Source: Mobula hypostoma (Eukaryota). Taken from it: a DNA stretch of 64,000 nt. The position numbers and the translations under genes are program-made. The stretch is taken from positions 32,366,001 to 32,430,000 of the forward strand of contig NC_086108.1 in the NCBI RefSeq assembly GCF_963921235.1, in the 5' to 3' direction. This document shows positions 1 to 11,659 of this stretch, piece after piece (within the stretch, counting starts at the first letter, position 1; each line of letters begins with the position of its first letter). The notes under the pieces were generated by a model. The model saw nothing but the letters and a program-made list of their open reading frames with translations, had not been told where the DNA came from and searched no databases.

Positions 1-2437
1 GAAGTGTTGTCCCTACTATCTGCCACGGGAATTCACCTCGGTCATACTGACAGCGGTCTACATTCCCCCCCAGGTGGATGTGGGGTGTGCTCTGAACGTA
101 CTGTATGCCAACATCAGTGAACTTGAGACCAGGTATCCGGAGACTTTATTCATTACAGCCGGGGACTTTAACCAGGCCAACCTCAGAAAGATGCTGCCAA
201 AGTTATACCAACATGTCTCCTGCCCCACTAGAGGCCCGAATATACTTGACCACTGCTACACAGCAGTCAAGGATGCCTACCGTTCCATCCCATGACCTCA
301 CTTCGGAAAATCGGACCATCAGGCTGTACTCCTCCTCCCGGCTTACAAACAAAAACTGATGCGGGAGGTCACGATGTCAAAAGTAGTGTCGTGTTGGACG
401 GAGGAAACAGATGAAGTCCTCTGTGCCTGCTTTGAGTCTGTGGACCAGTTAGTATTCAAGGACTCAGCAGCTAACCTCCATGAGTATGCCTCAGCTGTCA
501 CGGACTTTATTTGGAAATGCACAGAGGACTGTGTGTCTCGCAAGACGATCCATGTATTCCCTAACCGGAAACCTTGGATGAATTATGAGGTCAAGCCCCT
601 TTTAAAGGCTAGAGCTGTGGCTTTTAGGTCTGGGGATACCAGTCGCTACACGGAATCCAGGCATGAATTCCAGAAAGCCATTAAGGGCGCCAAGAGGCAA
701 TATCAAGCCAAGTTGGAAGCCCAGGCTAACCAGAGGGATGCCAGTAGACTATGGCAGGGTCTAAATGAGATCATTGGGCGCAAAGGCTGGGAATATCAAT
801 AACTGTGGCGCTTCTCTTCCTGACGAACGTAACATATTCTACACAAGATTCAAACAGAAGAGGAGCGTCCCGCTCCCTCCGGATGAACCAGACCTGGTGG
901 CGTCGAGATTCATCGTCACCGAGGAGGATGTTAGAAAGGCCTTCCTGAAGATAAATCCAAGGAAGGCGACGGGCCCAGATGGTGTCCCAGGACGGGTTCT
1001 CTGGGCCTGTGCAAGCGAGCTAGCTGGAGTGTTTGCTGACATCTTCAACTGCTCCTTGCTTCAGTCTAAGATCCCCTCGTGTTTTAAGAAGGCAACGATA
1101 ATCCCAGTGCCAAAGAAGAGGAAGATGGCATGCCTGAATGACAATTGACCTGTGGCTCTGACATCAATTGCTATGAAATGCTTTGAGCAATTGGTTATGG
1201 CACACATCAACCACAGCCTTCCGGTCAACCTCAACGCTTTGCAATTCACATACCGGAGCAACAGGTCAACGGCAGATGCCATCTCTCTGGCCCTACATTC
1301 CTCCTTAGAACATCTGGAGAATAAAGACGCAAAAGTAAGGCTCCTTTTCATTGACTACAGCTCTGCCTTTAATACCATCATTCCAAATAAACTGATTCCT
1401 AAGCTCCTGAACCTGGGCTTTAGCACTCAGATCTGCAGCTGGATCTTCAATTTCCTCACAGACAAGACCCAGGCTGTCAAAATAGGGGACAAGCTCTCCT
1501 CTACAATTACTCTGAGCACCGGTGCCCCACAAGGCTGTGTACTCAGCCCCCTGCTGTACTCACTGTACACCCATGACTGTGTAGCCAAGTTTCCATCAAA
1601 CTCAATATATACGTTTGCTGATGACACAACAATTGTAGGCCGTATCTCGGGTAATGATGAGTTTGAGTACAGAGAGGAAATTAAGAACCTGGTGGTATGG
1701 TGCAAAGACAATAACCTATCCCTCAATGTCAGCAAGACGAAGGAATTGGTTGTTGACTTCAGGAGTAGCGGTCCGCACGACCCAATTTACATTGGTGGTG
1801 CGCAAGTGGAACAGGTCAAAAGCAGGTAAAGAAATTTGGCCTGTCCCCTGAAACCCTCATTAATTTTTATAAATGCACCGTAGAAAGCATTCTTCTAGGG
1901 TGCGTCACAACTTGGTATGCAAGTTGTCCTGTCCAAGACTGAAAGAAGCAGCAGAAGATCGTAAACACGGCGCAGCACATCACACAAACCAATCTTCCGT
2001 CCTTGGACTTACTTTACACCGCACGCTGTTGGAGCAGTGCTGCCAGGATAATCAAGGACACTACCCACCCAGCCAACACATTTTTCGTCCCTCTTCCCTC
2101 CGGGAGAAGGCTTAGGAGCTTGAAGACTCGTACAGCCAGATTTGGGAACAGCTTCTTTCCAATTGTGATAAGACTGCTGAACGGATCCTGACCCGGATCT
2201 GGGCCGTACCCTCCAAATACCTGGACCTGCCTCTTGTTTTTTTTGCACTAGCTTACTTTCCATTTTTCTATTTTCTATTTATGATTTATAAATTAAACTT
2301 TTAATATTTACTCATTTTTACTATTTTTAATATTTACTATTTGTAATCCAGGGAGTGGGAAGTGCAGAATCAAATATCGCTGTGATGATTGTACGTTCTA
2401 GTATCAATTGTTTGGCGACAATAAAGTATAAAGTATA
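1..2437 (+). mobile_element. Rex1/Babar-type non-LTR retrotransposon (APE+RT), degenerate, runs off left edge
   Basis: Broken ORFs 74-295 (AGDFNQANL...CPTRGPNILDHCYT, APE C-terminus), 765-1148 (KATGPDGVPG) and 1152-1829 ([38 protein letters not shown]). C-terminal remnant 2003-2191. AT-rich 3' UTR ends AATAAAGTATAAAGTATA. Stops, frameshifts and an internal deletion near 1824. Confidence 0.9.
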
Positions 2438-3185
2438 TCAACTATTCAAATCTGTGTCCTGTAATAGTGCAAAATTGTAATAGTGCCCTATAATTACCAA
2501 TGGGCAGGTTGGGCATTATGAACATTGACTTTTAGATATGGACCAAAAGCAAAAATTCTCTAAGGTGTAGATCATATATCCCTTGAATCTTCACTGCCTT
2601 TCAATAGGATCATAGATCATGGAACTATTTTGACCAAAGAAGCTACTTTGTGCTTCAATTCAAGCAAACTACAAATATATTTATCAGTGATAGGATGCAA
2701 GTATGGCAAAGCAAGGAAAATATTGAATTTAGGTTAAAAATCAAATGTTAAATGCTGGGAAAATCAAGTTGAAGAAGAAGCAAACGATCCAAAAATAGAG
2801 TTAGTTATTTAACTTCTGACTGAACCATAAGTCAATAGTGACTTGGTGAGGCTCAAGTCTTTAACACACCGAGTTCATATTTAAGATGGACCCATAATGG
2901 TACGTAACCTACAGATTTTAAATGGTTTAAGAATTGACAAAATAACCATTAAACAAGAATTAATTTGTACATAACAATAATAGATGGGTCCTGTCAGAGT
3001 CTGTGATCTACAGTTACAGCATAAACTACGGTTCTCCGTGAGTGGTGCGTCCTCAGATTCACCGTGTGGCCCGATGTTTCGATATCTCCAGGCGCAGTGT
3101 GGAAGACGTGTGCCTTTGGGGTGCCATCTTGGATGTCCTGGTTCCTTGCCAATATTGCCAACTGAAGCGTCATGGGAGTCTGCAA

Positions 3186-4185
3186 CAGTAAATGTTCCCT
3201 GTGCCATTGGCTGCAACACAAGCCCAAAGCATGATCGATCCACCCCCATGTTTAGCAGTTGGAGAGGGGTTCTTTTCATGAAATTCTGCACCCTTTTTTC
3301 TCCAAATATACCTTTACTCATTGTGGCCAAAAAGTTCTATTCAAAAGGTTAAAAAGAACACCTAAACAAGCCTGATGCATTTCGGAAACAAATCCTGTGG
3401 AATGATGAAGTTAAAATAGAACTTTCTGGCCGCAATGAGCAAAGGTATGTTTGGAGAAAAGGTGCAGAATTTCATGAAAAGTACACCTCTCCAACGGTTA
3501 AGCACGGGGGTGGATCTATCATGCTTTGGGCTTGTGTTGCAGCCAGTGGCACGGGGAACATTTACTGGTAGAGGGAAGAATGAATTCAATTAAATACCAG
3601 CAAATTCTGGAAGCAAACATCACACCGTCTGTAAAAAAAGCTGAAGATGAAAAGAGGATGGCTTCTACAACAGGATAATGATCCTAAACACACCTCAAAA
3701 TCCACAATGGACTACCTCAAGAGGCGCAAGCTGAAGGTTTTGCCATGGCCCTCACAGTCCCCTGACCTAAACATCATCAAGAATCCATGGATAGACCTCA
3801 AAAGAGCAGTGCATGAAGACGGCCCAAGAATCTCACAGAACTAGAAGCCTTTTGCAAGGAAGAATGGGCGAAAATCCACCAAACAAGAATTGAAAGACTT
3901 TTAGCTGGCTACAGAAAGCGTTTACGAGCTGTGATACTTGCCAAAGGGGGTGTTACTAAGTACTGACCATGCAGGGTGCCCAAACTTTTGCTTCGGGCCC
4001 TTTTCCTTTTTTGTTATTTTGAAACTGTAAAAGATGGAAATAAAAAGTTTTCTTGCTTAAAAATATTAAAGAAATGTGTCATCTTCAACTTTATGCCTTT
4101 TGGAAATCAGTTCATCTTTTACTCGCTTAGCTATTCACAGTAACAGAAATTTTGACCGGGGTGCCCAAACTTTCGCATGCCTCTG
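3186..4185 (+). mobile_element. Non-autonomous Tc1 (DD34E) transposon derivative with IR/DR right end and partial inverted left arm
   Basis: ORF 3647-3844 [11 protein letters not shown]...[11 protein letters not shown]. Direct repeats GGGTGCCCAAACTTT at ~3975 and ~4159. End CTCTG followed by TA at 4186. 3186-3341 is an inverted copy of ~3416-3568. Confidence 0.9.
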
Positions 4186-4999
4186 TATACTACATATATT
4201 CTCTGCTATTAAATTGAACCATTTGTAAATTTACTCCTGCCATAGTTTTCAAATTCAGATTAGTGATGAAATCAGGGACTTTTGCTGACACAGCACACTG
4301 TATGACAATCTTCTAGACAGTTCAAGACCTCCAACAGGCAAAATAGACAATTTCCCTGATGCCATATAAAGTCTCCTAAGTGTTGAAATTCATTATAGCC
4401 AAGTATCTGTTGATCATATTTTCATATAAAGATATGTTATTGTCAAATGCTTTCTGGAACTCAGAAGTAATTACCTGTGCAGAGGAATCAGTAAGACAAC
4501 CGGCTGAGCTTCCACTGTTAATTGCACCAAAAAGGTCAAAATTATCATACTGATTGCAATGCAATCTTACAACACAATTAAGCTCAGGACCCTCTTAATC
4601 AGAATTTCTACAATACGTTTATCTTTGCATTTTTACTGCATTACAAAAGCAGTTTCTGCCTGAATACAGAAATATCATGTTGCTCTTCAAGCTGTTCAAT
4701 TTCCAGCCAAACAAAGTCATAGTCTTTAAAAACACATTTCCTTACTGAAGTACCAATGAATACTGTACGTTGCAGCAGCAGGGACACTCCACTATATTCC
4801 TCAGCTTTGTGCTCTTGCAGTAGAGAAATCAACTATATGTAGACACTTCACTTGTGTGTGTCAGAATGAGTATTGAACCAGCTAAAAGCAACTATCAAAA
4901 TAGTCCAGCAACAAACCACCGTTCTTCTCAGCTGCAAGAGATACATGGCCTAAAGGTCTTCCAATGCCCTTCAGTTTCAGGATAACTTGCTTCCAAACC

Positions 5000-5560
5000 A
5001 TTCTGTGGGTTCACTGGTAGTTGTGGTAGTTGTCAAGGCCTATGTGGAATCTGCAGACTTAGCCACAAGTGGAATAGCAGGTGCTTGGTGGGTAAATGAG
5101 TGGGTAGCTTGGGAGGTGGTATACTCATTTCAGTATTTTCAATCAGCTAATTTTGTAAGATCTAACAAAAAGATGTGAAGTTCTTTGTGCCTACCAGAAT
5201 GGTGCTACTCCCTGATCAGTCAGTGATTACTATGGGTAGATGAGAAAGTTACAGTTTTTCTTTTCCCAGGGTGGGTCTAAGAACATCCTCGAAGCACTTT
5301 CTTTATTCCCTCATTCTTGCAGAGGTCAAAGTATAGTGCCAGTTTTGGAAACGTGTGAACAACGGGGCCCTATCCATTAGAATTGGTTGAATGCAAAGAC
5401 ACTGTCAGTGCTGGGGTTGTTGGCCTGGAAGAGGACACAAATACTGATTTGCTTATCCTGCCAAAGGATTTGGAAGATCATACAGAGACTGTGATACTGG
5501 TACCTTTCCAGTGCTTTGATGCATCTGTAGACCATCTGGAATGATGGCCATATTGCACTC
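5000..5560 (-). mobile_element. Old RTE-clade LINE 3' fragment
   Basis: Minus ORF 5377-5586 (ALERYQYHSLCMIFQILWQD) resembles the RTE C-terminal region of the better copy at 48794-49288. Boundaries approximate. Confidence 0.5.
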
Positions 5561-6320
5561 AGTAGCATGTTATGGAATGAATTCAAAGAAAATCAAGCCT
5601 AGGTCAGTCTCAGAAGAAGATTTCTTCTAGTAGCCACTAATAATCTTTCTATCTTTGATAACATCTCCTCCATTTTTAGGATATATCCTTTGGTATTTGG
5701 GCTATAAACTTTTCTGAATCTTCTAGTCAAGTTGACACTGAGCTGGTTCAGACTTGGTTACTTTTCTTTAGGTTCGTAGGCCTGGTTTTGGGGACAGTGA
5801 TGAGAGACAGAGAGTTAGAGATTAGGGACAGTGAAGAAGTCAAGGGCAGGAGGCAGTGAAAGGAGTCTACTACGGAGAACTCCGTGGTCAAAGACTGTGG
5901 CTGGCAGGCCCTGAGGACAAGGACTAATGATTCCCCCCCCCCACCCTTCCTCGAGTCAGTAAGTCCCAGGGTTGGAGGTTCGTGAGGGCAGGAGGCATGA
6001 TGACCAGTAAACCTCCAGTTGGCAAGTCCCAGGGTCAGAGGTCCGTGTGAGTCCATAAGCCATAAGAGCAGAATTAGGCAATTTTGCACATTGAGTCTGC
6101 TCTGCCATACCATCATGGCTGATTTATTATCCCCTCAACCCAATTCTCCTGCCTTCTCCCCATAACCTCTGATGCCCTGACTAACCAAGAACCTATCAAC
6201 CTCTGTTTTAAATACAGTCAAGAGTTGAGGCCTGGTTTTCAAAGTCCCTTAATCAACAAGTCCTGGGACCGATACAGGTGGTCAAAAACTGAAGTCTGCT
6301 GCGAGTCTGGAAGTTGGAGG

Positions 6321-6928
6321 CCCAAAGGTGGGACACCCTGGGTTGTGAATCTAGAGTTCAAGACCCAAAGGTGGGACACCCTGGGTTGCGAGTCTGGAGT
6401 TCAAGACCCAAAGGTGGGACACCCTGGGTTGCGAATCTGGAGTTCAAGACCCACAAAGGTGGGACACCCTGGGTTGCGAGTCTGGAAGTTGTAGGCCCAA
6501 AGGTGGGACACCCTGGGTTGCGAATCTGGAGTTCAAGACCCAAAGGTGGGGCACCCTGGGTTGCGAGTCTGGAGTTCAAGACCCAAAGGTGGGACACCCT
6601 GGGTTGCGAATCTGGAGTTCAAGACCCAAAGGTGGGACACCCTGGGTTGCGAGTCTGGAAGTTGGAGGCCCAAAGGTGGGACACCCTGGGTTGCGAATCT
6701 GGAGTTCAAGACCCAAAGGTGGGACACCCTGGGTTGCGAGTCTGGAAGTTGGAGGCCCAAAGGTGGGACACCCTGGGTTGCGAATCTGGAGTTCAAGACC
6801 CAAAGGTGGGGCACCCTGGGTTGCGAGTCTGGAGTTCAAGACCCAAAGGTGGGGCACCCTGGGTTGCGAATCTGGAGTTCAAGACCCAAAGGTGGGACAC
6901 CCTGGGTTGCAAGTCTGGAAGTTGGAGG
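6321..6928. repeat. Minisatellite, 14 units of 43/44 bp
   Basis: Unit CCCAAAGGTGGGACACCCTGGGTTGCGA(A/G)TCTGGA followed by GTTCAAGA or AGTTGGAGG. Unit starts at 6321, 6364, 6407, 6450, 6496, 6539, 6582, 6625, 6669, 6712, 6756, 6799, 6842, 6885. It explains the cluster of repetitive ORFs at 6225-7120. Confidence 0.97.
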
Positions 6929-7260
6929 CCCAATGTCTGTGACTCTAGGCCAGGAACTGAAAATTGGAAGTCCAGGTCTGAGAGTCTGGAGCCAGGGAAT
7001 GGAGGTTGGAGACTCAGAGGCGGTCTGCCCTGGGGTTAGATTAGAGGTCTGTCTGTGAGTGGGTGGGAAAGGGGCTTGTTTTGCTGCTGTTGTTTCTGTT
7101 GTTCTGAAAATTGTGCCCATATTATGTTAGTCCTGAAATATGTGGTGACACTTGTGGGCTGCTCCCATCAAATCCTTAAGGTGCGTTGGTTGTTAATGCA
7201 AATGACACATTTCACTGTATGTTTCAATGTACACATGATAAATAAATGAATCTGAATCTG
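6929..7260 (+). mobile_element. Retroposon 3' end continuing from the minisatellite
   Basis: Degenerate versions of the minisatellite unit, then a 3' end ATAAATAAATGAATCTGAATCTG (short tandem tail typical of LINE/SINE ends). Confidence 0.55.
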
Positions 7261-8043
7261 CAAACTTTGTCAGTATTGATTAATCCATGCACACTGTAAC
7301 TATCATCTGTTTATATATATCATTTCAGTTCATTGCTTATATTCTGCTCTTTTTCTAGCCATCATTTTTCAAGATCTTAAGATTTTTGGTTGGCTTTGGC
7401 TGTCAGGCCTTAATTGTGCAATCTTTTTTCCTTAAAGTGCGAAGAGTACCTTGAGTTTGCGGTTAATTAGTTGCTGTTCTTTTCAGTCCAGGTTGATGCA
7501 ACAAACAGAGTTGTGGTGATTGGTTCAATTACCAATATCTATCATGGGCAAGGTGCAAACACCCTTGTGGTCTCTCACCGGGGCAATAACATAATCCAAC
7601 AAATACCAGAGACAGGATTGAGGGTTTGCCATGGTATCTTGAGCTTCTCACTCTGATGTAACAGATTGCTGATTATGTCACGACTCTGATCTAGGCATTG
7701 CAGAAGGATAGGACTCCACTGGAGTTAGCTTTCCCTTCTCCGTTTCTGGCGACTTTGCCTTTCTGACTGTGAAAAGTTCAATTTTGAATTTGTTAGGTAG
7801 CAGTGTAAAAGTACATAAGACCTACTGTCATCAATTGCTTGGGAGGTTCAAGAATGACCTTCTCCATTTCTTGTCATGGGATTGTACTGCATAGAAACAG
7901 GCCCTTTGGCCCATCAAGTCTATGCCAATAATCATGCCTCTCTATACTAACCCTATTTATCTGCATGAATTCAATACCTCTCTATGCCCTGCTCATTCAT
8001 GTATTTGCCAGATGCATTTTAAATATAGTTACTATTCCTGTCT

Positions 8044-10216
8044 CAGTCCTGGGTATCACTCTAAACTGCAACTGGTGATGAGGCTCTGATTGGAGACTTT
8101 CAGAGCTTTGGGGAAAGTGGACATCCATTGCTCCCAGGGCCACTCTGACCTGGAACGGTAGCACCTGCAAGGGTTCCTGCTCAGGATACAAGCAAAGGCC
8201 AACGGCAGATCCGGCAGATTTCAAAGTCTAGAAATAGAATCTGTTGAAGATGATAGCAATCATGTAGAAATGAAATTTAACGCTCTAAAGGATGCCTTGG
8301 TAGAATCAGCAAAGTCAGTGATTCCTAAAAAAAGAAAAAAGCACAAAGAATAAATGGATGACAGATGAAATCAAAAATCTAATGGAAGAAAGGAGACTGA
8401 AGAAAGCAAATCGTATAGAGTATAAGTCCTTAGATAAAAAAGTTAAAAGCTTATGTCAAAAAGCCAAAGAAGAATGGTTAAACCAGGAATGTGAGCAAAT
8501 AGTAAGAATCCCTATTACTGATCCAAAAAGGTTACATCAACAAATCAAGAATATCACTGATAAAAAGCTCCTCTGTTCTTCAGGTGGATGTTCGAAAGCA
8601 AAGGACGGTACCATTTTCATGGAAAAAGATGAGATTATGAACAGATGGACTGAGTATATTCAAGAATTGTTTGAAGATGGTCGAGGTGAAAAACCGGAAA
8701 TTAAGAAGAACATTGAAGGTCCAAGTATTTTAAAATCTGAAGTTCGTAATGCAATAAATAAGATGAAGAAAGGAAAGGCAGCAGGTCCTGATGAATCAGT
8801 AATAGAACAAATTATCACCCTTGAAGATTATGGAATTGAAAAACTTACTGATTTAATCAATGACATTTATGAGACTGAAATAATACCAGAAGAGATGAAA
8901 AAAATCGGTATTTATCAATCTTCCTAAGAAACCTGGAGCAATAGAATGTGAATTACATAGGACCATAAGTTTAATGAGTCATATCACCAAGATACTTCTA
9001 AGAATTTTGATGACAAGAGCTAAAAGTAAGATACAAGCTGAAATAGGCAAAGAACAATGTAGTTTTATGAAAGACAAAGGTACAAGAAACGCAATATTTA
9101 TGTTAAGGATACTATCAGAACGAGCTATTCAAGTGCAAAAAGATTTGTTTGTTTGTTTTATCGACTACACAAAAGCATTTGATAAAGTGAAGCACAATAA
9201 GTTATTTGAAATATTACAGGAACCTCTAGATCTAGTTTCGAAAGACCTCCGCCTAATCAGAAATCTGTACTGGGAACAAACTGCCGCTGTAAGAATAGAT
9301 GGAGAAGTGAGTCAGTTTACAAAAATCAAGGAGGCGTTAGACAGGGGTGTGCTTTCTCCCCTGATTTACTTAATGTGTACAGTGAAACAATATTACAAAA
9401 AATAAGAGACATCTTGAGAATCAAAGTTGGCGGTGAAAACATCAATAATTTCAGATATGCAGATGACACTGTGTTAATTGCAAGTACAGAGGAAAAACTA
9501 CAAAACTTAATTGATATAATTGTTGAAGAAAGTGCAAAAATGGGTCTACTTATCAATTGCAAAAAGACAGAATGTATGGTGATATCCAAAAAGAAGGAGA
9601 ATCCTATCTGCAGGCTGAGAATAAATGGGGAAGACATAAAACAAGTACGGAACTTTTGCTACTTAGGAAGCTGGGTGACATCAGATGGCAGGTGCGACAT
9701 GGACATCAAAAGAAGAATAGGGATGGCAAAAGACACCTTTACGAGAATGAAGAGTATACTCACTAATACTAAACTAGGCATGACCACCCGCCTGAGTACT
9801 GAAATGTTATGTTTATCCAGTTATGTTATATGTTGGACAATATCTAGTAACATGAGGAAATGAATTGTAGCAGCAGAGATGTGGTTTTAGAGGAGGATGT
9901 AAAGCATATCATGGACAAAACCAATATCTAACAAGGATGTCATGAACAGAACGAACACAAAAAGAGAAATAATATATGAGATCATGAAAAGGCAAAGTAA
10001 CTTCATTGGACATGTGATTAGGAAAGAGGAGTTAGAATGCACAGTAATTATGGGAAAGATTGAAGGGAAGAAAGCAAGAGGAAGACAAAGACAAATGATG
10101 ATGGAGACAGCAGCCAGAGAACTGGAAATGAATACCAATGAATTGATCCACTTGACCCGAAACAGGAGTGTGTGGGCCAAAGCTCAAACTGGGCATGACA
10201 CCTGATGATGATGGTG
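8044..10216 (+). mobile_element. RTE (BovB-like) LINE, internally deleted, inserted in an older CR1-type 3' fragment
   Basis: ORFs 8358-8927 (KKGKAAGPD), 8974-9405 (CFIDYTKAFDKVKH), 9375-9863 (NNFRYADDTVL, FCYLGS) and 9942-10205 (GHVIRK...GKIEGKKARGRQR). (TGA)n tail at 10203-10216. Candidate TSD ATTCCTG(T/C)CT at 8034-8043 and 10217-10226. Confidence 0.88.
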
Positions 10217-10779
10217 ATTCCTGCCTACTCAAGCAGCTTATTACAGATACCAGCTAATCTTCATGTTAAAGATTTACCCCTTAGTTCCTCTTTAAATACC
10301 CTCCCTCTTACCTTAAATCTACGATTTCCAATTTCCACACCCCTACCAGACACTGCTATCTTCATTACCTGTTTATTCTTCTTCTCCCATCCCCTCATCA
10401 CTTTGCTTTCTATTCACATCATCTCAATCACCTCACGCCTTTCCATTTTCCTATCTGCCCAAGCACTTCCCACCCCATTGGCTTAATTTCCTCAAATTAC
10501 ACTATTTCCCCAGTCCCCTTCCATATTCACATCAGACCTTTCCGCATTCCCTCCTTGGTATTTTTTTAAAATCACAACTCACCCTCCCAATGACTTAATT
10601 CCCAATTCCCCCTCCACCCATCTCATCTCTCACTCCCCTTTTCCCACTACCCATTCACCATTCTACTTCCCCCAGGCTACCTATCCCACTCACTCCCTAA
10701 TACTCGTTCTCTCTAACCTCTCTTCCCTATTGTTCCCTCTGTTTTCCCGGATATTCCCGTGCTCAGCTCTCTATTCCAG

Positions 10780-11230
10780 GTTGCCCGTTCACTATCACGC
10801 AGCATCCGGTGATAAATGAGCTCTATTACTGTCTCATTACGCTTCAATGGGTCTCCCAGTTGCCAAGGTGACGGGAGCAGGGGCGTGGTCTGCGCAGATC
10901 TCGCGAGAGAAGAGGGACTTGCCCTCCAGCCGCCTGGTTGCTGCGAGAGGCTCTGTCACTGTTGCTGTTCTTTCCGTTTCTTTGGCCACCAGTCGCCACC
11001 GCCGCCGCTCTGCGTCTCACCAAGGCGGAAGGTAAGGGACACGGACTGACCCGGCCTCTCCGGAGGGGTACCCAAGGGGGAAGCAGGCCGCAGCCTGGAT
11101 GTAGCGGCCCTTGCAATGGACCAGGCTGGGCTCAGGATACGCAGCGATGTACAGTATTCTGGTGTTGGTAGTGGGAGGCACCGGAATTCCCGGAACACCC
11201 ACTGAACGGGGAGCCCCAGTTATTACCGCG
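10780..11230 (+). promoter_or_regulatory. VAMP4: CpG-rich promoter of VAMP4
   Basis: Main non-repeat CpG-dense stretch in the window. X-box-like GTTGCCAAGGTGAC at 10859-10872, GC box GGGGCGTGGT at 10880-10889, palindrome TCTGCGCAGA at 10889-10898, TCTCGCGAGA at 10899-10908. Confidence 0.75.
10910..11031 (+). other. VAMP4: Probable non-coding exon 1 of VAMP4 (start approximate)
   Basis: Strong donor AAG|GTAAGG at 11031/11032 inside the CpG island. The first coding exon begins with a splice acceptor, so an upstream exon is required. Confidence 0.65.
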
Positions 11231-11659
11231 CAACATCTAATTGAAAAGCACAAAGGGTGAAATAAAAGACATTGATTAAAAGCTGTGATAATTATGTGCA
11301 AATTGAGTATTCTCCAACACTTGCGCAGTTCTCTTTGGGGTCTCTTCTCATCCTTCTAAACTCTCGCTAGTGCATTCCCTCTTGCCTTTGCGCTGTTCCT
11401 TCTGGATCCATTCTGGAGATAAATGCTGAAAGTTGTGCTCACTTCTCATGTGCACTGATCACCCTGCCTCGGGTTACACTACCTTCTTACTCTCTTCACC
11501 TGTCTGCTGTGGGTTGTGAGCTGACGTTTTGCCTGCCTGACATCCTACATCAGACTAAGTAATTTCCAACAGCCATCTATTGGGAAGACCAAAGTAGTTA
11601 TTGATTGCTTAAATCATCTGTGTTTCCTAGAGATTGAACAACCATGTTACTGAGTTCTG

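Noticed and set aside
6321..6928. CRISPR-like array of palindromic repeats
   Set aside because: The inter-repeat parts are only two recurring variants, not unique spacers; no cas genes; vertebrate context.
6225..7120. Repeat-protein gene from ORFs up to 241 aa
   Set aside because: Overlapping ORFs in several frames and on both strands arise from the stop-poor minisatellite unit; no ATG or splice support.
10816..11301. Several ORFs over the CpG island
   Set aside because: Expected in GC-rich DNA; no recognisable protein; the VAMP4 start codon is at 24921.
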